From positions 6,269-70,268 of the forward strand of contig JAUYGZ010000011.1 in assembly GCA_030690415.1 (NCBI GenBank): a stretch of DNA of 64,000 nucleotides, in the 5' to 3' direction. Each line of letters begins with the position of its first letter. Positions within the stretch are counted from its first letter, which is position 1. This DNA comes from a bacterium. Lineage in GTDB: Bacteria > Patescibacteriota > Gracilibacteria > JAUYGZ01. The notes beneath the pieces were generated by a model. The model saw only the letters and a program-made list of their open reading frames with translations. It made no database searches and was not told the DNA's origin. This document shows, piece after piece, positions 1-15,000 of this stretch. The position numbers and the translations under genes are program-made.

Positions 1-3000
1 GGTAGATTTGGACTTCGTCGAGAGAACCATTGAAATACTGTGTAGAATAATTGTTATACCCAATATAAAGAGGGAAAGCATTAGCAGCTCCCAAAGTTCC
101 AGTTGCTTGGTAAACCTGAGTACCATTTACATAAAATCGATGGGTTGCGCCATTAAATGTCGTGGCAATATGACTCCATTGGTTCAGTACCGGAGCAATC
201 GTTGATGATGGATTGGTTCCCCCTCCGAGGGTAATATATCCATTTGTAGCAGTTAAATATAAACAATAATTATAAGAGGAATTTCCATCACCCTTACAAA
301 TAATATTTTTCTGAGTTGAGAAACTTGTCGGATAAACCCAGACAGATAGGGTCAACGCACTGGTAATATCCAGAATATTCGCATCAGAAACACTAATATA
401 ATCATTCGTCCCGTCAAAACTCATCGCGCCTCCAACTCGTCCTGAAGTCACATACCCATTTGGAGTCACCATATTCGTGGCCGTCCCATTCAGCCCATTC
501 CCGCTAAAATCACTCTGCGTTGTCCCACTATTAAACGGCATATTCAACGCCATCAGCTTCTTCGCAGTCCCGTCATTATAGGTCCACTGATACGCCTGGA
601 TCATCTGACTACTAAACTGTGTGAAATCGCGAACCAGATTCTCCGAAGTAGGCAAGAATACCGTCGAAGACCCACTTCCTCCCGCCAGCTGAAGCGATGG
701 GAAGAGCCAGCAAGCATCATTCCCTCCTCCATTAACCGAATTCCCGGTCTGAATATCTTTGCTGCTGACGCATCCTCCATTGCTGACATTCGCGTACTGA
801 ACACTCACCGAGGCATCAGTATGGGTAATATTCCATGGCGTTGGAGTCACCGAATCAGATGACTGCAGGTTGATTGCATTCCCAATCCCACTCGCCCCCG
901 TGATGACCAGCTTCCCCCCTGAAGCAAAAGTCTGGGTCTGCCCTGCGGGAAAGACGATCGTTTTCCCGGGGATGATACTCTTCAAAATGAAGAACGTATT
1001 TGATCCGGAAATGTTTGAAGTAGACGATACCTCGCCGTTGATCGTCACCATGCCGGAGTTGTGGGTGAAGACCCCGAGATTCGTCCAATCCCCCGCCACC
1101 TCCATATTCGTCGCGTGCCCTGTCAAGACTCCGGTTGCGGAAATGGCAAGATTGTTAAACATTGTCTGAGTCGTTCCCAAAACCGTACCGGTACCGGTGA
1201 AGGTCACCGTGCCGGAATTGTGCGTGAAAGCAGTCCCATTATTCGTCCAGTTCCCCGCCACGTTCATGTTCGTCGCGTGACCGGTCAGTGCGGCACCAAT
1301 AACGATATTGTTGAACGTCGTCGTGCTCGATCCGAGAATCGTACTGGCCCCCGCGAAAGTCACGGTACCGGAGTTGTGCGTGAATGTTCCATCATTCGTC
1401 CAGTCCCCATACACCGTCATACCAGTCGAGTGACCGGTCAAAGTCCCGGTCATGGAAAGATGATTGAAGGTCGTTTCGCTGATACCAAAGACCTGGCTAT
1501 CAGCCCCCGTGAAGGTCACCGTGCCGGTACCGCGGTTGAAGACTCCCCCGTCTCTCGTCCAATCCCCATCCACACTAAAATTCGCGGACGGAGCATTGAA
1601 GGTCCCTCCGGAAAGATTGAAATTCCCGGCACTGCCGATCGTGATCGTAGCCGAGCCACCCGTAAAGACACCACTCGCCTGTTTCAATCCATCAGAGCCG
1701 ATAGCCATGGTATAGGCATTCTGGGAAATCGTACCGCTGTAGGGAACCTGAATATCAATACCCTTCACATCCACGGCAACATCGACCGAACAATTGATAT
1801 TGGAAGAAGCCTCGAAGAGAGCCACGTCACTTGGCCCTGGGACAACCCCCCCGCTCCAGTTGGAGCCCGTATTCCAGGCATTGCTGGTCGTTCCTAACCA
1901 GATAAAGCCACTAATAAAATCATCAAAAATCCATCGCACATTGTGCTGGCTGTAGCCAATGGATCCCGTACCTCTGACATCGATCACGGTCGAACTATTA
2001 TTGTACGAATCCCGCACATCGAGATTCGACAGGGTTCGGCTTCCTTCTGAAACAATATTCCAATAGGTCCCGGAAGTTGTGCTTCGTAACGCCAGGCGGT
2101 TCGGATCAGCACCCCCCACCAACGTCAACGCTCCGTTAATCGTCTGGGTCTTCCCCTCCTCGAAGGTCATCTCGCGCGCCACGGACACCGTCTTGCTCAG
2201 ATTATTAAACGTCGTACTGCCGAAGAGCGATTGATCGGTGCCGGTGAAGGTCACCGTGCTGGAACCGGCGTTGAAGATTCCCGTAGTAACATTCAGCGTC
2301 CAGTTTCCACCAAGTGAAATCATCGACGCCCCGGTCGCCGCGTTCAGCGTGCCATTAATGGTAATACTATTCGTAATCGTCAGGTTATAGCCATTGGCAT
2401 TCAGCACATCCCCCGCGTCGATCACCAGCGAATCAGCCACCAGATTACTCGTCAGCGTGATGGTGTCCGGAGAATGCCCCACCACCAGATCCCCCAGATT
2501 GGAAGCCGTGCTATCGGAGAAACTCAAATCCCCATCCAGCGTCAGCGTTCCTCCTTTCGTAAAGGTCGTGCCCGAAGCCAGTGTGAAATCCCCCGCCACG
2601 TTCATACTTCCCACAGGAGCGATGAAAGTCCCCAACGTCTCCGTGAACATTCCGTTGATATCGAGATTGCCGGCTGAGGCAGAGAAAATATCTTTTGTGG
2701 CGTTCGGGTCATTAATCGTGAAACTAAAATAATCTACTCCCGCACCAAAATCTTTTATCGCGTGCGTGTCCTGAACCCCATCCCCATCCCCCACGTATTT
2801 CCAAATTCCCTTCGTCGTATCATTTCCTGAGCTGAGCGTGACGCTCTCATTGCCCCGCAACTGAATGACTCCGGTATTGCTCACCGCCCCCGTCACCGCC
2901 AGCGCGTTCCCCGCCAGATCCACTGTCCCCGCGCTGTTCGTCAGAGTCCCCAAAGCCGTAAGACCATTCGTCACAAGCTGCAATGTCCCCGATCCCGAAT

Positions 3001-6000
3001 GAACAATGTTCCTGAAGGGGCTACTCCCGCCCCCGGTATTGAATAATTGAGTCCCGCTCCCCGTGAAGGTGACCGTACCGGAATTATGCGTAAACGTACC
3101 GCCATTGGTAAAGTTCCCCGCCACATTCATGTTGATAGGATGGCCTATCAAAGCTCCAGACCCTGAGATCGTGACATTGGTAAAGGTTGTTATGTTTCCA
3201 CCTAAGACAGCGTGTGGCACTGAACTATCGAAGACCACAGTGCCAGTGGAAACAAAATCTCCACCCTGATGAACCAGATCACCACTGACCGTAACCATGT
3301 TGCTGTCGGCATTGAGAAGAAGACTTGCCGCGGTGGTAGCGCCAAGACTATAAAACGTCGAGGGGGAGGACTGGTTCCTATACTCGGTTAGAATCCACTC
3401 AACGGAACGGGTAACACTGGAGACTCGGACTTCGTCGATAACGCCTGGGAAAGCTCCATAGGTACCAGTGAATCCACTACCAAAAAGATTAGGCGCGTAA
3501 ACCGTTGTCCTGGGAGAAAGTAAACCGGTTCGAACAAGGACACCATTCAAATAAATGATGGGTCGCTTATCAACATAGCGTACCGCGATATGATTGAAGC
3601 CTGTACCAATAGTCCCGCTGTAAACAGCAAGAGGAGGCATGTAGGAGGTCGCATGTTCGTACACGGAAATACCATTCTTTCCCACTGATAATCCAGCGCC
3701 TGCATTCGGAGAACCATAGCCTCCTGGCCAAAAAACATATCGCTGACCGGATGTTCCGGTGGTAGTACTTGTGCTCTCAGTATCGATTTGATGATCCGTC
3801 GTCGTCTGTACCCACGCTGAAAAGGTAAAATTATTCGTGGGTTGCACGAGAGCCGTGGAAACATATGCTGTCGTTCCATTAAAATTACCGGCTCCATCGA
3901 CTTGTCCAGTGGTCGCGGTGACAGCAGTGTTCGTCCCGTTGTAGCCGTTTGAAGTAGAATCCGTAACACTCAGCGTGGTGCCATTCGGCATATGATAGAC
4001 CCCTTTAAAATTTGAATCCCAGGTACCGCTCACGCTGGGATTAGTACTCACGGAACCATTGCCATAAAAAAGATAGATGCTCGTATCAACAATGCTCGAG
4101 AGCGTCGGAATCCTCACCCAGGCAACAAACTCGCCCGTGGTAGAAACATATTTTTCAATCTCATGATCCAGCTTATTCCCCGACGAATCCGTAAAGATAA
4201 TGTCATAACCATTCGCATGAGTAACATATCCACCATTTGCCACGGTTTTCAGTTCGAGATCCGTGACGGAAAAGAGTATCGGGAAATTGCTCTGGGTAGC
4301 CGCCACTTTTGTTCGGTCAATCGTCACCGACTTCCGATATGAATATCCGCTGTACCAAGCGCCTCCTCCGCCTGTCAAAGAAAGATCACCATTCACATCC
4401 AGAGCGCCACTTAAATCGTAGCTTCCCGTTCCCGTAAAGCTCAGATCATAGTAAGCATTCCCGGCTCCCAACGCCCCATACGTCCCACCCCCGTAATACT
4501 CCACCGTCCCCGTATCAGTATCCATCATCGTAATGGCCACCGTTTCATCTCCTACCAGTTTCAGCGTTCCGTTATTATTGAGAGTCGTCAGTGATAGATT
4601 TTTGCTATTCATAATTGCTGTTCCGTTCAGCAGATCCATCGTCGTCGCGGTCAAAGCGGAGTTCATCGTCCACTCTCCTCCTACTCCATTGAAAGCGATC
4701 GTACTGAAATCACTCGTCGTCGCCCCCGTCGAATCAATCGTTTGAGCGGTAGTCGATGTGAATGTCACCGTGCCGGTACCGGCGGTGAAGATTCCGGTGT
4801 TGATCCAGTTTCCGCCAACCGTGATCGTATTCGCGCCGGCCGTCAGAGTCCCCTTGTTCTGAATATGATGCGTATTGACATTTCCCCCGGGAGCAAAGGT
4901 CGAAGCAGACGGGATATAAAGCTCTTTGCCGGACTGAATCGTGGGCACCGTGGCATCCACCATGTAAATCGCGTCAACATCAGAATCAGCCACATCATGC
5001 GCCACATCCAAATCCGCGTTCGTGATACTCGTCCCAGTCTCATCTCTCACGACCAGATGATCAACATAAAGATCAGCATCGACCACCGACACCCCATTCA
5101 CTTTCAGCACCGTAACCGCTTTCTCAGTCTCCCCATCAAGGAAAATAGTCACTCGATATCCCGACAAAAGCCAGGCAGGGATAACCGCGATCGCGTAATC
5201 TCCAAACATATTCGTCTCAGCCGTCTGGGTTCCCACGAGAGTTCCCGACCCATCAAAAACCGCCACCACCACGGTCTTCCCACTTATCACCGTCCCCGAC
5301 GCTTCGGGATCATTGGTATAAACCGTTCCTGAGATCGCCATGGAGGAAAAGATCCACTGGTCTGTCGGAGGCACATCTGCATCATCATTACCGGTGCCAC
5401 TAATAGAATCCGCAGCATAAATATCATGACTCATCGCATTAGCGTTTGAAACACTGACATAAGACACATGCTGATCAGCGGCCGTCACGGCGAAAGACCA
5501 AGGCAAAGTCCCATCTATCAAGTCGAGCGAAAGCTCTGTCCCCGTAGCCAGTCCACTCAGCGCCAGCACACCACCAATCGTCTGAGTCTTGTTCTCTTCA
5601 AACCGAAGCGCTTTGCTGGCCACTTCGGATTTAAAATTATTGAACGTGTTGTCCCCCCTGATCTGACTCGTCCCAAGCGTATCAAAATCAACCGTGCTCG
5701 TTCCTGCCGTGAAGCCGCCTCCATTATTCGTCCAGTTCACCGCCACCTGCAGCAGGTTCGAAGCCAGCGTGAGCGCTCCCGTCGCCTCAAGAATAAGTGA
5801 TCCGTCCACATTGATCGTACTTGATCCCGTAGCCGTGTAAACACCGGCAATCGTCAGGTCGCCACTACCGCTCGCCGTCACGTTATTCGCTCCACTGAGG
5901 AAAGAAGCACCGGATTCAACGATAATGTTTCCGGAGTTCACAACACCTCCGGGCTGATAGGTCGTGCCGGTCAGAATAGTCAGAGTACGGCCGGTGAGCC

Positions 6001-9000
6001 CCCCATCCCCATTCACGGTCAAAGCGGAACCGTCGAGACCATGAAAAGCGTCTTCATCAGCGGAATTAATATAAGACCCCACCTCGGCATTACTCAAGGT
6101 CTGAGAAACCCCATTCCCCAGCGTCAGATGAGTCCTGACCAGCTCCAGCCCCGTCATGGCTTCCCCCGCTCCCAAATACTTCGCCACCGCCACGGCTTCA
6201 GCACTATCCTCAGCTCCATCCAGAAACACCGTAATCACATTACCCGAGGAAGCCGTCACCCCGGGGATCGTCCAGGAGCCATCCGAGTCGGTCGTCGTCT
6301 TTCCCGCCTGAAGCACTCCATTCACCGCCACCTTCACGGTATAAGAAGTACTGCACGAGGCTCCTCCATAAGAATCCACACAAGTCCCGGAAATATCCGG
6401 CCCCAGAATCAATATCTGATTGCTTGAAGCAGTCGTTGATCCCACCACTCCCGCGCTTGAAATCGGTGTCACCGTCAAACCCCAAAGCTGTTCCGGAACG
6501 GTTTCTGCAGCTACCCAAGCCGTCGGCCCTCCGACTCCGGCTCCAATTGCACCTCCACTTGGAGGATTACAAGTACCATTTGCAGCATCCCCATCACCAT
6601 CATCACAAAGCTGAATAATTTCAGCGACGCTGAGCGCGCGGGGATAAACCTGAAGCTCGTCGATCTTTCCACTAAAATAATACCCAGTGGTTGCAAGCCT
6701 CCCGATATAACTCAACCCATCCCCTCCTGTCCGCATAGCGGAAGAAGCTCCACTCGCCACCTGAACTCCATCGATGTATATCTTCCGATATCCCCCACTC
6801 ACACTATTAACAGCCAGAATATGGTGCCAGGCTCCTGTAGAAGGCTGAGCCGCGTAAATAAGATCGGTATAGCTTGTACCATTATGAATTCGAAAATACG
6901 TTGATGTGCCGGAAAGAAACAATGAATAGTCAGTATTCAGCACCCCACCAACAGTCTTCTCAAAAATACCGCGACCTCCCCCGGCAGTAAGATTCACCCA
7001 TGCGGATATCGTAAGCTCCCCACTCATATTCAAAGTCGAATTAGAGGGTGTCTGGACATAATTAGTGGTCCCATTAAAATTTAAACATCCTCCGACCTGA
7101 CAGCTCTGGTATACAGCTCCTGTCACCGTCCCCGTATTCCCATTCCCACTGAAATCCGTCTGAGTTGCCCCCGAATTAAACGGCATATTCAGAGCCATCA
7201 CATTGGCCCCATTGGTCGTCCACCGATAGGCTCCGACAGAGCCGGGGTCCAGAGTGTCCACCGTTGAATTCAGAACTTCTAACGTGTTCAACTCCTCCAC
7301 CAACCCATCCTCAAGATACACGTCTGGCGCTATCGTCACGGTATTGGCCGAAGTCACGGCAGTGCCGGAGATACCGTTATTGGCGAGAGGGGTGATGATG
7401 AGATTGAAAACATCACCATTAAACGTCTCAGCATTCGCCAGGACCGTTGGAGCTCCAAAACCGGCAACGCCATCAGTATAGAGCCGACTGATCTGAGCCG
7501 CGCTGAGAGCACGGGGGTAGATCTGGACTTCGTCGATAAGTCCCTTCATGGGTTGATAAACGGTATCTCTCGCCCCGATTAATAATGGTAATGTGTTTTT
7601 AATATCTGCAGTGAAGGCATCGTTATACAACACCGTTACAGCGATGTTAACTCCATTAATATATATTTTAACTCCGCTTGCATCTCCAGAACCGTTATAG
7701 GTGAATGCAACGTGCTGCCACGTCCCAGTCGAGAGAGCGACATTACTCTCTATACGCTTCGTTTTTATAGCTGTATCAACCATCTCAACCCATATTTTTC
7801 CGCTTGTTGCTACCTGTAAGTCGTATCCCTCATATGGAGATGTCACCCTCTGTTTGGCAAAAATATATCTTAATGTGGCAAAATCAGTCACGTTAACCCA
7901 TGCCGAACCTGTAAATGCATCTGTTTTTCCAAAATTATTAACCGCTGAATGAGGCACATTTATATAATCATTCACCCCATCAAAGCTCATCGCTCCCCCA
8001 ACCCTTCCCGAACTGACATACCCATTTGGAGAAACCATATTCGTGGCCGTCCCAGTATTCCCATTCCCACTAAAATCCGTCTGCGTTCCCCCCTCATTAA
8101 ACGGCATATTCAACGCCATCAGATTTGATGCCCCAACTGTCCACCGATACACCCCAATATCAGGTAAAGAGAGCCCTGTTGGGTTAGACCAAATATCCTG
8201 AACCGTGGTCGCCGTCGTGGACTGCTGAAACCCTCCATTGTCTATTCCAAGCTGTAGCGCGGTGATCGGCGCATACGGAATAATCTCCACCGTATTGGCT
8301 GAAACAACAGTCGATCCGACGACCCCCGAACTCGTGATCGGAGTCACTGAGAGATTCCACACATTATCGACGGATGTCTCAAGGGCGCTCCAAAGAGTAG
8401 GCCCTCCATTCCCCGCGTTCCCATTCGTATAAAGCTGGCTGATCTGAGCCGCGCTGAGCGCGCGGGGGTAGATCTGGACTTCGTCAATGGAACCGTTGAA
8501 ACTCGGTATCCCAACACCACAAATAGACCCGCTAGGCGTCAACATATTCCCAAGAGCAAAATGCGCTGTACCGTTCGCGGCACCCAGCAAAGAGCCGAAG
8601 GATAAGTTCAGCGTTGTGGTTTCCAGAAGATTATTAACAAATATTTTTACACGATCGAGTCCATTATTGGTATCAATCGTCCCATCATAGGTCATCACCA
8701 CATGATACCAAATGGACGTATTGGTAACAGAAGTAGAGCCCAACACTCCTCGGTATGAAGTGCCATCAAGAGCGCCATACCACAAAAATTCAGGCTTGCT
8801 TCCCGTACCGAGCCTTAATAGGTAAGAACGTTGATTTTGGCTACAACTACTATCTGCAGCTTTTGCAATAATAAAGTTGTTGGTCATAACAGCCGAAGGC
8901 TTAATCCAAAAAGACATACTGAATTTCTTGTCCTCGCCTGAAATTACATCCTCCATGATCTGAGGATCACCGAAGCCAACAACATCAGCAACAGAATCAA

Positions 9001-12000
9001 ACCGTAAACAGCCACCTACTTTGCAACTCCCGCCGGAAATATAATCAACAGCCACTGTAGTTCCATTGAGACTATTCCCACTAAAATCCGTCTGCGTTGT
9101 TCCGTAATGAAACGGCATATTCAACGCCATCAGATTCGCGCTCGGACTCGTTCCGTTCTCGGCCGGATTGTCCCCGGCATCCGGATCCACGGACCAGGTG
9201 TAGGCTCCAATATCCGTCCCGGCTAAACCGGGGACAGGATCTAATGCATTCAAATCTTCAACTGTGGACAAAGTCGTCACCACTCCATCTTCCAGATACA
9301 GATCAGTGATCGGCGCGTACGGAAGAATCTCCACCGTATTCGCTGAAACCACAGTCGACCCCACGATTCCTGAACTCGTGATCGGAGTCACCGACAGACT
9401 CCACACATTATCGACCGAGGTCTCGAGAGCGCTCCAGAGCGTCGGTCCTCCAAACCCCTGCCCAACATCTATCCCATCACTACAGTCACCGTCACTATCT
9501 CCATCATTACAGAGCTGTGCGACCTGAGCGGCGCTAAGAGCGCGGGGGTAGATCTGGACTTCATCGAGAGATCCCTTGAAATAATTATCCGAATACCCAT
9601 TATAACCGATATAAAGAGGATCATTATTCACAGACCCCAATCCGCCACAGGTATATCCTGAAGTACAGGTCAGTTTAACTCCGTTCAAATAGGCATACGA
9701 ATTGGTTGAATCTGCGACAATAACAATATGATTCCATTGATTCGCTGTTGGTGGACTATCCCATCTCGAACTTGATGCACCGGTAAATTGGACATCTCCA
9801 ACAGTATTTCTGAGAAAGAGCGTGTAATTATAGGCAACAGCTCCATTCCCCTTTGTCACAATAAACCGGTTCGTCGCATCATAGGAAGCAGGATTAACCC
9901 AAACAGAAACAGAAAGTGCGCTGGAAATGTCAAAATCAGAATCATCGCTTCTGGACACATAATCATTCACCCCATCAAAGCTCATCGCCCCCCCCACTTT
10001 CCCCGAGCTGACATACCCATTTGGAGTCGTCATATTATAAGTCGTCCCCGTATTCCCATTCCCACTAAAATCCGTCTGCGTTCCCCCCGCATTAAACGGC
10101 ATATTCAACGCCATCAGATTGGAGGCCCCCACTGTCCACCAGTAGGCTCCGATCTCCCCGGAATCAATTCCCACCACATCTGAGTACAAATCCTGCGCAG
10201 TCGTCAGTTGGGTCTGCGGAATGAAGCCCGGCCCTTCTCCCAGCTGGAGCGTCTCGAAGACCCAGCAGACGCCATTATTCCCAAGATCATATCCGTTATC
10301 AGTCGCGTCAATAGCCGTACTTAGCGGCATCACCGTACAGGCCGAATCTTTGACCGACACATAGCTCAGACTCTCCGTCCCCTGATGATCAATCGTCCAC
10401 TGCACCCCTGCTGAATTCGACGCGAGAGCAATCACATTTCCGGAAGCCCCCGTCAGCGTCAGCGCGCCATTGATCGTCTGAGTACTGCCGGTGGCGACCT
10501 GAATGCTTTTTCCTCCCGCTTCAACGGAAGAGAGATTATTCCAGGTCGTATTTCCGGAAATCACGGCAGTGGTCGCCGTGTCAAAATCAACTGTTCCTCC
10601 ATTGGCATCAAAAGTTCCCTGCGGATGATTGAAATTTCTCCCCACCGTCATCGTCCCCGAGGTGGAATGGAAAGTCCCTCCCGTCCCCGTCACCCCCTGT
10701 ATAAAATCCCGGGTAATATTGATCGGATCAGAGGAGCCATTGAAAGTCCCCTCCTGGATATCCATGTCACCGGACACATTCAAGGTTCCGCTCTGATTAT
10801 AAGTCCCGCCATTCAGAATAAACGTCGTGGGATTCGTCACGGTCACCGTCTGGCCATTTTGATAGAAAGTCCCTTGGGTAATCTCCAGCGTCCCCACATT
10901 CAAGGTCGCGGTCGGCTGAAAGGTTGTCGTCGCGGTCGGATCATTGATCGTCAGCGTCTCATAGGTCAAATTCGGTAAGGTCATGGGGTTGGTTACCCCA
11001 TCCCCCCTGAAGACCCACTCCCCATCACCGGCCGCCCCTCCCGTTACACTCTCATTGCCCCAAAGCTTCAGGGCTCCATTGTTTACCAAAGTGGTCATCG
11101 CCAGACTCCGGCCATTGAGATCAAGAATGACATTGGCCGCGATGGTCAAAGTAGTCGCGGAAATCGCCCCTCCGGCGGTATAGGTCGGAGCCGTCGTCCC
11201 GGCGTCCAGCGTAAGTCCCCCGACAGATGTAATAGCTCCAAGACTTGTTACCCCGGAAGAACGAACAGAAATATCACCGGAAGTCGTTGTCGTCAGGGTT
11301 CCGGAACCACTCAGAGATCCCGCGCCGCTATTATCAGCGTCCGCGATCAGCACGATCGGGATATCAGTCCCCGAAATCGCCTGATTCAGCGTAATCCCAC
11401 CATTCGCCTGAACAGAACAGGCATTGATGGCCGGAAGACCCGAATGAACACAACTCACGCCATTGATTCCACCCACGGACCCCACGACCAAATCATCAGC
11501 CTCAGCAACATAAATCGACCCATACCCACTCACCGTACGGGCTGCCAGATTTTGAACACTGGTCTCAATTTCGTCACCGGCCAGAGCCGTCCCCACGTTC
11601 GTCACCGCGTCGAAAAGCACTGATCCCGTCCCGGCAATGGTGACATTATTCGTGGACCCATTATCATCGGTAATAGTTCCCGTCGAAATCAGCCGTAAAG
11701 TTTGATCGGTCGCTAAAGTCAGCTGTTCCAGGCCAATATTCCCCGCGTCAATCGTGAGGTTGAAAACCCGTGAACTGAAATCAATCGCATTCAGATCAAC
11801 CGTGCCTCCCGTCACCTTCAGCGTCGTAATCTCTCCTGAAGTAATCGCGTCCCGAATCGTCGTTGAAATCTGAAGTACTCCGGTTGCCGCGGTACCGAAA
11901 CCGACTGTTCCCCCGGCGCCTTCACCAATCGTCAGTGTTCCGGCCTTACCTCCCGTACTATAAATCTTATCCAGGCCACTCGTAATCGTAATATCCCCCG

Positions 12001-15000
12001 TTGGCTCCAGACTCAGATTGACACTGTCAGCGATGTCAACACTTCCATCAAAACGAATTCCATAACTCCCTGAAGTGGCATGGATCCTCGTATTTTGGCT
12101 AATAGTGGCAAGATGATTCACCCTGAAAAAATCTCCCAGGAGATACGTCCCTGACGCGTTCATCGTGACATCATAATAGGTCTGTCCCGCATCAAGTATC
12201 GTATCAGTCGTTGGAGACGTAAAAACCACCATCCCATTATTATGAGTTAGCGATCCATTATTCGTATAGTTCCCGAAAATCGTCAGAGGCTGAGTATCCG
12301 AAGCGCTGACCACACCGAGAGCGGCCACCGTCAAGTTATTCACCGCCAAAATCGCGTCATTCGTTGTCAAATCCAGCGTATGAGCTGTCCCATCCCCCAC
12401 GGTCAGCGCTCCATTCACGGTAATCGTCCCCTGAGCCGTCGTCGTCCCCGTCCCGGTGAGATCAACATCATTGAAAGTATACGGTCCACCGGTACCGCCC
12501 AAAGTACTTCCCGGAAGCGTCACCTTCCCTCCAGTCATATTGATCACCCCCGCCCCTCCGATATCCCCTCCTCCAACCGTAATATCTGCCGTCCCTCCAA
12601 AAGTCCCCGTCTGCGCGTCGATATCTCCGGTGGTAACAATCGTACCGGAACTGGAAACAGTCCCGCTCGTCGGATTGATGTCCAAATCAAAATAATCCGT
12701 CGCGCCAAGATCTCTCAAGGACCCCGCCGCCGCCACCAGCCAGGTACCGGAATAGGGGTCCTGAGCCAGTCCAAGGATCGTTCCGGCCAGCGTATCGCGA
12801 ACGGTGGCGGTATTGGAGAAAATAGCGCCTGTTGCCGTCAGGTTCTGACCATTGAGATCCAGGACACCGGAAGAGACCGCCAATGAATCGAGAATAGTCA
12901 GGGCGGAAAGCGCCTGAAGCGTTCCGGATCCGGAATGGGTGAGCTCATTGATCCGTTCTGATGGGACAGCAATCGTTTGGGTCCCACTGCCATCAAAAGT
13001 AAGCTTGGCCCCACAGGAGGGAACACATAATACACCATTCGTATCATCAAATACCCAATTACCACTGACATGGAAATCCCCGGGAGGAAGTGGGCTCTCA
13101 TCACTGATCGAAACATTCGTCACATCGATGATCCCGGCTCCTCCCTGAAACAGGGCGCGTGTCACCGTCAGTCCGCCATTGAAAGTCTGTGTCGCTCCAC
13201 CGGCATTATAGATCGCTCCGGAAGTCCCCTGCACGGTCACTAATCCGGTTGAGGTGACCGGCTGATCATTTGCATTAAAGGTCCCGGCTGAAATAGTAAA
13301 AGTCCCGGCTACAGAGAGTGGGAGACTTAATCGGAAATTATCCGGTGTGGGTGACACATCAGTCGAAAGAATTTCAAGATTATAGTAATCCGTAGCACCG
13401 CTATCCCGAATACTCATATTATTGGCAGTATCATTCCCATTGCCCACGTATCGGATTTTCCCGGAATTCGTATCAGGAGTCGTGACCGTAAAATCAGTTC
13501 CGGACCGAACCTCAAGGACTCCCCCATTGGCAATATTATGAGTAGTGGCGGTCAGGATGTTCCCTGCCGTCTTCACCGTGTCATCAGCGCCAATGACCAG
13601 CGTCGTCACCGTGGCCGCGCTGCCCAACTGAAGCGTTTTTGAAGTGCCATCAACAGAGATACTTCCCACACTCACTCCATTCACGCTCAGCGTTGATGTC
13701 CCGGTACCCGCGAAAGTAAGACTACCACTATTCGTAAAGGTCCCCGCGGTTCGGGTAAAGTCTCCATTCACCGTCATCGTATCAGTCGTCGTCGTAAACG
13801 TTCCGGCGCTTGAAATGGCTCCATCGAAAGTCATCGGAAACCCTCCCCCATTCACGACGGCCCCGGATGAAATGGCAAAAGATCCGGAAAAGAGTGAGTA
13901 CACCACGCCCTTTCCAATCGAAGGAAGGGTCAGGGTACCTTTAATATCTGTGGAGCCCTCCACGACAAGCTGGTCTCTCGGAGCAAAGATATGCCCGGAA
14001 GGGACCAGAAGCGTCTTACCGCTGTTCACGATTATTGTAACGGGACAGGGGGGCTCCTCACACAAGACTAATGGCCCCGGCGTCGTATAGATCGAATCGA
14101 GATCAGCACTCCCAAAGGAACCGTTCGAGTCCTCCAAATCACTATTCGAAATTCCACCCACGCCATCTTCGTCCCGGACAATCAAATGATTTTGATAGAT
14201 ATCGATCCCTGACAGGATCACGGCGTTTGAGATCGTGACGGTAACACCATCTTCCGCGGCCCCACTAATAAAAAGCGTCAACACATCACCTGAAGTGAAA
14301 GAAGTTCCCGTAATCAGGTAGTCTCCACTCCCATCAGTCGTGTCGTTCCCCCCTCCCGTCGCGCTCCCATTCACCCAAAGCTGGACCAGTTTTCCTGTCA
14401 AAGGAGTCGTCCCATCCGCGGCATAGAGTCTCCCCGAAATCCGGTCCGTAAACCAGTTCGTCGTATTTCCCGCGTCCACGCTATTCGCGGGATTGATGGC
14501 CGTGGCATGGATATTATTATTGTCCTGGACATCCACATACGAAATGCTTCGAGTTCCCTGAGGGTTGATACTCGCCTGGACACCCAATAAGGAAGAAGAT
14601 CGAATCGAAAGCAGATTCCCGGCAGCTCCATTGAGTGTCAGCGTCCCTCCTGCGACGAAAGCCTGTGTCAGGCCCTCTGGAAAAGTGAGCGTGGCGGCAG
14701 TGGTAACAGATTTCGTAAAGCTATAAAAGGTATTAGCTCCTGTAATAGACTGAGGAGTCGCGCCATCAAAAGTCACCGTTCCATTATTGTGATTGAAGGT
14801 TCCCGCTGTCTTCCCCCAGTTGCCACCCACAAAGAGAGTCCCTGAAGGTGCGGTAAAGGAAACCGTTTCAGACACTCCTTTCTGAATGGTGAAATGAGAA
14901 TCAACATCAATATTACCGCTGCCTGAAGTGAACGTGGTCGTTCCTGAGCCGGAGTTCAGACCTGCCGTCAGGGTGGTTTTTGCCGTCAAGGTGTTCGAGC

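Noticed and set aside
1061-1897. A 278-aa + strand ORF and the other + strand ORFs listed between 8 and 23806.
   Set aside because: They lie antisense to the giant gene, are Arg/Ser/Pro/Gly-rich and have no recognisable motifs. These are typical shadow ORFs of a repetitive coding strand.
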